Assembly (NCBI GenBank): GCA_024626585.2 | Contig: JANKJI020000002.1 | Coordinates: 3,521,328 to 3,537,931 of the forward strand | Direction of reading: 5' to 3' | Origin: Ginkgo biloba | Taxonomy: Eukaryota > Plantae > Ginkgophyta | Length of the DNA stretch: 16,604 nucleotides | In this document: piece after piece, positions 9,735 through 16,604 of the stretch | How positions within the stretch are numbered: position 1 is the first letter of the stretch | Layout of the letters: each line of letters begins with the position of its first letter | The notes under the pieces: model-generated | Told to the model about the DNA's origin: nothing | What the model saw: the letters and a program-made list of their open reading frames with translations, nothing else | The model's database searches: none | Program-made: the position numbers and the translations under genes

Positions 9735-10256
9735 NNNNNNNNNNNNNNNNNNNNNNNNNNNNNNNNNNNNNNNNNNNNNNNNNNNNNNNNNNNNNNNNNN
9801 NNNNNNNNNNNNNNNNNNNNNNNNNNNNNNNNNNTCCCCTTCCAAACATGTCGCACCCACGAACTCTCGTAACCTTGGTCTCCGTTCTTCTTGATACGAG
9901 TCGGTAGATGACTTGAATATCCTAAATAGTGACTCATTGGAACACGATTTGCCAATCTTAGAGATGAGTTAACACAAGGAATATACGGACAATATTTATT
10001 GGAAAATACGAGAAAAAGAAAAATAAAATAACTAACAACACACGCACCCAATCCTACCTCGCTAATCAAAATGAACTTACAATCATTTTTTCTCTAGGGG
10101 TTGTAGGTCATGTTGGGTTTGCATATTACACATGAAGTGCTCCTTGCTGACTGATTGTTTATATGTTCTGAGTCAGTACCTATTGGTTGAAAATTCAGTG
10201 TCCTTTCCATCNNNNNNNNNNNNNNNNNNNNNNNNNNNNNNNNNNNNNNNNNNNNN

Positions 10257-11575
10257 TTTGGTATGGTTCCACCCACCTTGCATTAAATTTACCTGGGAAA
10301 TTATTATATCTTGAATCATACAATAATGCCTAATCATCGGGTTCAAATTATTTTAATCGTAAATGCTTGTTATGACATTTCTTCCTCTGCATCCAGACAA
10401 GCTCCATTCTCTTTATTGCCTCCTAGTGAAATTCATCCACTTGATGTAGTTTCTCCATGTGTTTATTTTGTGCCTTTTCAAGATTCAACCAAAGCTGTTG
10501 TGCCATTTTATATGTTTTTATTTCCAATTCTATAGGCATAACAATAGATTTACCATAAACAAGTTGGAATGGCGTAAATCTTGTGGATGTTTTACTTGTA
10601 TGCCCATACTGCCTCAGGAAGTCGCTCTCCCCAATCGCGTTGATGCAACCTTAGAGACTCAGTGATTATACATTCTAGTTCTCTATTAGTCCCCTCAACC
10701 TGTCCATTTGCGCATGGATAATAGGGGGTTGATCATCAATGTCTAACTCGGTATTCTCTGGTTAATTCTTCCACGATCTGGCTAACAAAAGGTGTCCCTC
10801 GATCATTGACCAACTACCTGGGGACTTCGTACCTAGTGAGAATTTCTTCATAAATAAAAATTGCTACATTTTTAGTTGTAGCCCGCATCATCAATCGGAC
10901 TTCAACCCACTTAGTACAATAATCAATGCAGACTAGAATGTGTTGGTGGCGCTTTCGAGATGGAGGCTGTAATTTCCAATGATGTCAAGTACCCATTTCT
11001 CAAATGGCTCAACCTCAACCATTGGCTAGAGTGGCATTGCCCTAGTCTTAGAGGGCTTTCCCATTCTCTGGCAAATGTCGCAAGACTTCGCGAATTCAAA
11101 CGAATCCTTAAATATTGAGGGCCAATAATATCCAACGTTTAAAATTTTTAATGTTGTGCGTTGTTCACCATAGTGGCCATCACTAGGCTCAAAATGATAG
11201 GCCTTCAAAAGATCTAGCACCTCATCCTCCCTGATGCAGAGTCTCAATACTGAATTAGGCCCCATTCTGTACAGACATCCATTTTTCCATGTGTAAGGAT
11301 CACTTTTTTGAATTAAATTAGCCTTTTGTCCTTTAGTGAAGTGCTTTAGAAGTATGCTTACTACTAGAAAATTAGAAATGTTTGTGAACCATGAGGTAAA
11401 GGTACTAATTATAAAAATATTTTCATCTGGGAAGATATCATCCACCAATCCATCTTCTATCTTCTTCTCTAATCTTCTCAAAAAATATACAATAATATTT
11501 TCTCAGCCTGAATTATCTATGAAAGAAATATCAAATTCTTATAGTAATAGTACCCATCATTAAATACCACTTGTA
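10257..11575 (-). mobile_element. Degenerate Ty3/Gypsy (Athila-like non-chromovirus) RNase H C-terminus plus integrase (HHCC, rve, GPY/F)
   Basis: WVLLL*EFDISFIDNSG*ENII..FLRRL...DDIFPDE; HFEPSDGHYG...GYYWPSIFKD...CDICQRMG; EPFEKWVLDI; DYCTKWVE; STPYYPCANGQVEGTNR; DWGERLPEAVWAY; TPFQLVYGK; LLYDSRY..FPGKFNARWVEPY. Confidence 0.92.
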
Positions 11576-11994
11576 GTTCTCTTGATTGTTTACACTACCA
11601 AAATATTGCTCCAAATGATATAAAATATAACATAACAACAAAATACATGAAATACATGCACAATGTAACCAATATCCACATCACAAAGCCATAATGTAGC
11701 AATATAAAGCTNNNNNNNNNNNNNNNNNNNNNNNNNNNNNNNNNNNNNNNNNNNNNNNNNNNNNNNNNNNNNNNNNNNNNNNNNNNNNNNNNNNNNNNNN
11801 NNNNNNNNNNNACCCACATGGAAATAATTTTGGATTTCATATTCTCCATAGAGTTTATCAAGGATCTTGAAATGAGAGTTTGAAGGTGGGGTTTTGGATG
11901 TGGATAGGAGATCATATGGATGTATGCATGATGAAGGCTTTGTTGACTTTAGTGATGCAAATATGTCCATTTCAAAGCTATTTTTGGTGATACG

Positions 11995-12024
11995 TTCTGA
12001 TGATCATGTTTTTGCTGTGCATAG
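11995..12024 (+). promoter_or_regulatory. 3' splice acceptor of the SEC31 exon (branch-point-like CTGAT, U-rich tract, TAG)
   Basis: TTCTGATGATCATGTTTTTGCTGTGCATAG|GATCTGATG; AG at 12023-12024. Confidence 0.8.
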
Positions 12025-12235
12025 GATCTGATGGAAAAGACTGTTATTCTTGCTTTAGCAACTGGTCAGAAACGGGTTAGTCCATCTCTGTCAAAGCTGG
12101 TTGAGAGTTATGCTGAATTGCTAGCCAGTCAAGGGCTTTTAAGTACAGCTATGGAGTATCTGAAACTTCTGGGAACTGAAGAATCTTCTCATGAACTGGC
12201 TATTTTACGGGATAGAATATATCTTTCTGGGACAG
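12025..12235 (+). CDS. SEC31: Internal coding exon of protein transport protein SEC31 (SEC31B-like; COPII outer coat, alpha-solenoid region just before the proline-rich region)
   Basis: Encodes [70 protein letters not shown], closely matching recalled plant SEC31 [47 protein letters not shown]...EL.ILRDRI. Bounded by AG (12023-12024) and CAG|GTTAA (GT at 12236-12237); 211 nt, phase 0 to phase 1. Confidence 0.93.
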
Positions 12236-12550
12236 GTTAAACTCTCTTCCTGATTAGGAGGAAGATAAATCTTGGGCTTGATTTGGATAATTTTTGTGTA
12301 AATTGCTTTTTAGAATGATATATATACTTTGTATTTTGCTTTGTTGCAAAATTGCGTTTACAGCCCTGAGCTTGATCTGTTTTTTGTACCTATGCTTCTT
12401 CCCTGTAGACATCTATATTTGTAGATGGAGAATTAGTTATCCTTCAAATGACTTGATTTGGCACAATAAATTCCAGTAGGTATGTCTTCTGGTGTTACAA
12501 CTCAATCTGTTTTTTGTTTTCCTGTTATTGATGCATGCTAGCTACTTTTG

Positions 12551-12993
12551 ACTAGTGGTTTGGTTAAAGAATTCAATACCTAGCCTACTAATTTTTATAT
12601 GACAATCAGCGTTTGAAATCATTTTTATTCCAAAATGAAACTAAAGAACCCAATGTAGGTTTTCATACTTGGTTCAAAATCCTACCTAGTTCATTACAAG
12701 AAACCCATTGCATAGATTTGAACGTATGGATATTGTAAGGGTAGGAAATCAAAATTATAATTTTTAAGAATATAAGTAACTTTGTTAAAGATAAGAACTA
12801 ATGGGATTTAAAATCTCAAGCACAGTTTGACATAAATTAGGCCACTTATGATTCAAATTGTGGATATAATTAAAAGAACCCTAAAATGATTTTTTATTAT
12901 TTAAAGTAAAGTAATTTTGTAAGAAGTTGTGCATTACCTTTAACACTTGCTCAAGTCATGAATACATAGTCAAGAACCCAGAAACCCACTAGT
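12551..12993. mobile_element. Possible MITE / non-autonomous DNA transposon relic
   Basis: The left end ACTAGTGGTTTGGTT and the reverse complement of the right end, ACTAGTGGGTTTCTGGGTT, form an imperfect inverted repeat. The AT-rich interior has recurrent GAACCC/GAAACCC motifs. No TSD seen. Confidence 0.25.
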
Positions 12994-13869
12994 TAATTTT
13001 TTTTTTTACTTTTTCTATACGAAGTCTTTTAAGCACNNNNNNNNNNNNNNNNNNNNNNNNNNNNNNNNNNNNNNNNNNNNNNNNNNNNNNNNNNNNNNNN
13101 NNNNNNNNNNNNNNNNNNNNNNNNNNNNNNNNNNNNNNNNNNNNNNNNNNNNNNNNNNNNNNNNNNNNNNNNNNNNNNNNNNNNNNNNNNNNNNNNNNNN
13201 NNNNNNNNNNNNNNNNNNNNNNNNNNNNNNNNNNNNNNNNNNNNNNNNNNNNNNNNNNNNNNNNNNNNNNNNNNNNNNNNNNNNNNNNNNNNNNNNNNNN
13301 NNNNNNNNNNNNNNNNNNNNNNNNNNNNNNNNNNNNNNNNNNNNNNNNNNNNNNNNNNNNNNNNNNNNNNNNNNNNNNNNNNNNNNNNNNNNNNNNNNNN
13401 NNNNNNNNNNNNNNNNNNNNNNNNNNNNNNNNNNNNNNNNNNNNNNNNNNNNNNNNNNNNNNNNNNNNNNNNNNNNNNNNNNNNNNNNNNNNNNNNNNNN
13501 NNNNNNNNNNNNNNNNNNNNNNNNNNNNNNNNNNNNNNNNNNNNNNNNNNNNNNNNNNNNNNNNNNNNNNNNNNNNNNNNNNNNNNNNNNNNNNNNNNNN
13601 NNNNNNNNNNNNNNNNNNNNNNNNNNNNNNNNNNNNNNNNNNNNNNNNNNNNNNNNNNNNNNNNNNNNNNNNNNNNNNNNNNNNNNNNNNNGGTAATTGG
13701 TGGACAATGTACATGTGGTCTCTAACGACTGTCAAAACCAGAGGAGGAGGTGGCAGTGGTGGAAGGGAAATTGAATCTGTAACCCCTCCACCACATTCAA
13801 GGGCCTCTGTCTCATGTGGATTGGGATTATGGCCATTGTGTAACCTTTCAAAGTAGCCTATAGACCAAG

Positions 13870-13926
13870 TATATATGTAGATTATATGTATATGCATATG
13901 TATATGTATGTGTGTGTGTGTGTATA
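13870..13926. repeat. Compound microsatellite (TATATG)4-(TG)7
   Basis: TATATG TATATG CATATG TATATG at 13883-13906; (TG)7 at 13909-13922. Confidence 0.9.
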
Positions 13927-14033
13927 AAAACAAATTCTAAAAAAACTCCATTCCTATCCAAAATCACGTTCATATTTATTAGTTCTTTTTCTTTCACATC
14001 TGCCCTTTTTTACTTCTTTAACCTTTGATCAAA

Positions 14034-14057
14034 TTTTTTTCTTCTCTCTCTCTCTCT
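14034..14057. repeat. T-run plus (CT)7 microsatellite
   Basis: TTTTTTTCTT followed by CTCTCTCTCTCTCT (14044-14057). Confidence 0.8.
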
Positions 14058-14559
14058 GCTGCATCTCATATTACTAACCTTATTCCATTGACATCTCATA
14101 TTTTGCATCCAATTCACATAATCTCACTATTGTATTATAGTGTTAAAATCAACTCTCTTCTTATCCTTGGCACTTCTAATTCATGTGGTTCTATCTTGGT
14201 TCATCTTCACTACTCACTATAGTGCATCTTCACTCATCTTGCCTTGCCTCTATACCAAGTCACTTCTCACTTCAAAGTATTATAGTATCTCCATTCTTTA
14301 TCTTCTATCCATGTTATCCTTAGTGATTATAATCCTCACCATTCACCTTCATCCTCATCGTTATCACTATCATTAAATTAGAGTTTATTTTTAGTGTCTC
14401 TATCCTTAGTCTACAGACCCCTTTTATTTTAAAGATAGATTTCCTTTGTACGAACGTTCAAAGGTCTATAGGGGTGAAATGGAAACACAGAACAATTAAA
14501 GGAACCTCTTGGTACCACCATTGATTTTCAAGTGGTTCAAAGTGGAAAGAGGGCATGTA

Positions 14560-14721
14560 TGTAGAGAGAAATTCAAGAGAGATTATGTTCCCTATAGTGG
14601 AGATACCAACCAAGGATGCAAGGCAAATCAAGGCAAATAACCATTGGTCTAGACACATGCAAATATGAGGGGATATGGCCCAATCCAATGATGTATTTTG
14701 TGGGAGTGGTTCATAAAGATA
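14560..14721 (-). mobile_element. Possible highly eroded Gypsy integrase GPY/F fragment
   Basis: Across frameshifts it reads HWIGPYP...TNGY /LDLP/ ..GISTIGNIISL, resembling GPF..NAY.LDLP..GISPIFNVADL. Weak match. Confidence 0.3.
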
Positions 14722-14947
14722 NNNNNNNNNNNNNNNNNNNNNNNNNNNNNNNNNNNNNNNNNNNNNNNNNNNNNNNNNNNNNNNNNNNNNNNNNNNNNNN
14801 NNNNNNNNNNNNNNNNNNNNNGGTCAGAGAAACCTGCTCTGAAGTTGTAAAAAAGCCTTAGGTCTACACATTATTCGAAGCAAATCTCCAGATTTTAATA
14901 TTTTTGCCTTTCAAATCTCTTCGATTACAAATTTTCCCAATCGCATT

Positions 14948-15007
14948 TGATCACAAATTTTCTTAGGTCAACACATCTGACCACAATTTTTCTTAGATCT
15001 ACAACTT
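14948..15007 (+). repeat. Imperfect 30-bp tandem repeat (2 copies, possibly a third eroded copy upstream)
   Basis: TGATCACAAATTTTCTTAGGTCAACACATC / TGACCACAATTTTTCTTAGATCTACAACTT. Confidence 0.6.
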
Positions 15008-16287
15008 TTTCCAATCAAAGCATGCACCTTCCCAGCCTCATGAACATTTCATTTCTTTATCTTTTGTCTGTGATTTTGACATTTCAATCTTCTTGAAACT
15101 TGTAGTGTTACCTGCTAGCCTGTGCACTTTTCAAACTAAATTGTTTCTTTGTTTGGTGAAGTAATGTTTAAATTTCTCAGAATTTTGGAATCAATCTTGG
15201 AGTCTAGGTCTTAAAAATTGGTTGAAAATTTGACCCCTTTCCAGTCATCAAGCAATTGGAAACTCATCAAAGCTTAGAAAATGTATATAGCATCTAGTTT
15301 TTCTAGTGGTGGAAATTGATATCAAAGTTTCAAGAAACAATGATAGGCTTTATACTTTTTGTTTTGAACACGTATTTCCAAACAATCTGAAATGCTTATA
15401 TCATGAATAGGCCCCAAAGAAGTGACTGGCCTACTCATGTTTTCTTTTAGATCCCATAGTGAAACCTCTAATTTGTTAAGTACCCTATTTTATATCAGTC
15501 ACTTGCTATTGGTATGAAATCACAAAGGTGATTTGTGGTTAGATCATGGCTTTTCACCGTATCCTTTGTGGCGTAGTCTTCTTGGTTGTTCATCAAGTCT
15601 TTAAAGTTGGTCATGTGATTGGTGTCCTTCACAGGCCCCCTTGTTGAATGGAGTTTCCCATGTAAAAGGCATTGCTTTGAACACTACCTCAAGAAAATCC
15701 ATTTGGTTGGGGTTCTGTCTTGACTGTAGGCATATGAAGGACAGGAGGCAATCTACCAACATTATCAACTACATTACAGTATTGGCTTGGCTGCCCCTAG
15801 TATGAAGTCCTTAACTGTGTTGGGCAGCCTTGTGAGGTGGTTTATCGCTTTGTATTACTGCGCTACTGAATATGATTTCCAGCAGATCTGAAACAGGTTG
15901 AATGTACATGATCTAAGTGTTCAGTGTCACATTAAGCTATGAGCTGTTGTTGCTTTCCATTTGTCAATCATCTTCATGAAAACTCTCGGAAAATCATCCA
16001 TGGTCAATTGCAATAGGTGGGGCTTCAGAAGATGGATTTAGCATTATAAAGTGTGGCACTTCATGTTTTTGGTGATGCTTGCTCTCTTCTTTACTCTTAT
16101 ACATCATTTTTTGCTTAATGTTCCTTGATCATTTGTGGTGGAACTAATGGGAAGCTGGAAGGAAGGAAGAGGTTCTAAAGGATAGAATTCAGTTATGGAA
16201 TAGAGTTATACGTGAATTTCTTTTTTTGGTTGAGCTCATTCATGACATTGCCATAGTTTCATACTTGAAAAGGACAAATGATGCATT

Positions 16288-16604
16288 TGCAACCCCCACA
16301 TCTATTAATTATTTTAATAACCCCTATTAGATAGTCTTATGGCGGTGAAGTCGTCCTTCATCCATTCCGTTGGATAGCATGGTCTTGCAGGTTAGTCATA
16401 GGTCAATATCTAGTATTGAGGGGAAAGCCATTCGCATATTGCATTAAGAGAGATATCAGAGTACATAGATCAATGACACATTACAAGACAGGCAAACTCC
16501 AACCTCAGAGTACAGATACAGAGCATAAGTCTAACATATTTCTCTCTAGCCTACCAGACAACTCTATTTATACATAGCCTTGACAGTTATGGTAACCGTC
16601 ATGG
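16288..16604 (-). mobile_element. Probable LTR 3' portion in reverse orientation, truncated by the window end
   Basis: The minus strand has GTATAAATAGAG (TATA, ~16573-16562), then an R/U5-like TG-rich segment, and ends GGGGGTTGCA at 16288, like the ...GGGGTTACA termini of Gypsy LTRs. Confidence 0.4.

Larger units (their letters stand above)
1298..14821. other. Twelve assembly gaps (N runs), many of ~100 nt (probably unsized placeholders)
   Basis: Gaps begin at about 1298, 2474, 4908, 5139, 5467, 8223, 8490, 9735, 10212, 11712, 13037 and 14722. Confidence 0.95.

Noticed and set aside
12031-12240. 69-aa ORF as a small protein
   Set aside because: It is an internal SEC31 exon. The ATG is an internal Met and the TAA lies inside the donor site (GTTAA).
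14025-14376. Hydrophobic ORFs resembling membrane proteins
   Set aside because: A by-product of pyrimidine-rich low-complexity sequence, with no homology or splice support.

Overview
Eukaryotic, AT-rich, gap-ridden draft scaffold from a land plant. The retroelement types and very long introns suggest a large, gymnosperm-like genome, which is an inference. The only clearly intact host-gene element is one 211-nt internal exon of SEC31 (COPII outer coat; 12025-12235, +) with canonical splice sites. I found no other SEC31 exon in the called sequence, so most of the window is probably giant intron. The rest is mostly decayed Ty3/Gypsy LTR retrotransposons: two non-chromovirus integrase relics (865-1660 +, 10257-11575 -), a gag-zinc-knuckle/protease relic (8590-9409 +), the 3' end of a CRM-type chromovirus (chromodomain, PPT and LTR, ~5567-6477 -), a decayed extra ORF and several LTR-like pieces. 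The most unusual object is a 222-codon, stop-free fragment of a host coiled-coil gene (At1g22060-like NT-C2 family; 6478-7143 -). It is fused directly to the chromodomain/PPT/LTR end of the CRM element, with no assembly gap at the junction, and lies antisense within the presumed SEC31 intron. It is a candidate host-gene capture by a chromovirus. All family assignments are by eye from recalled motifs; no searches were run.
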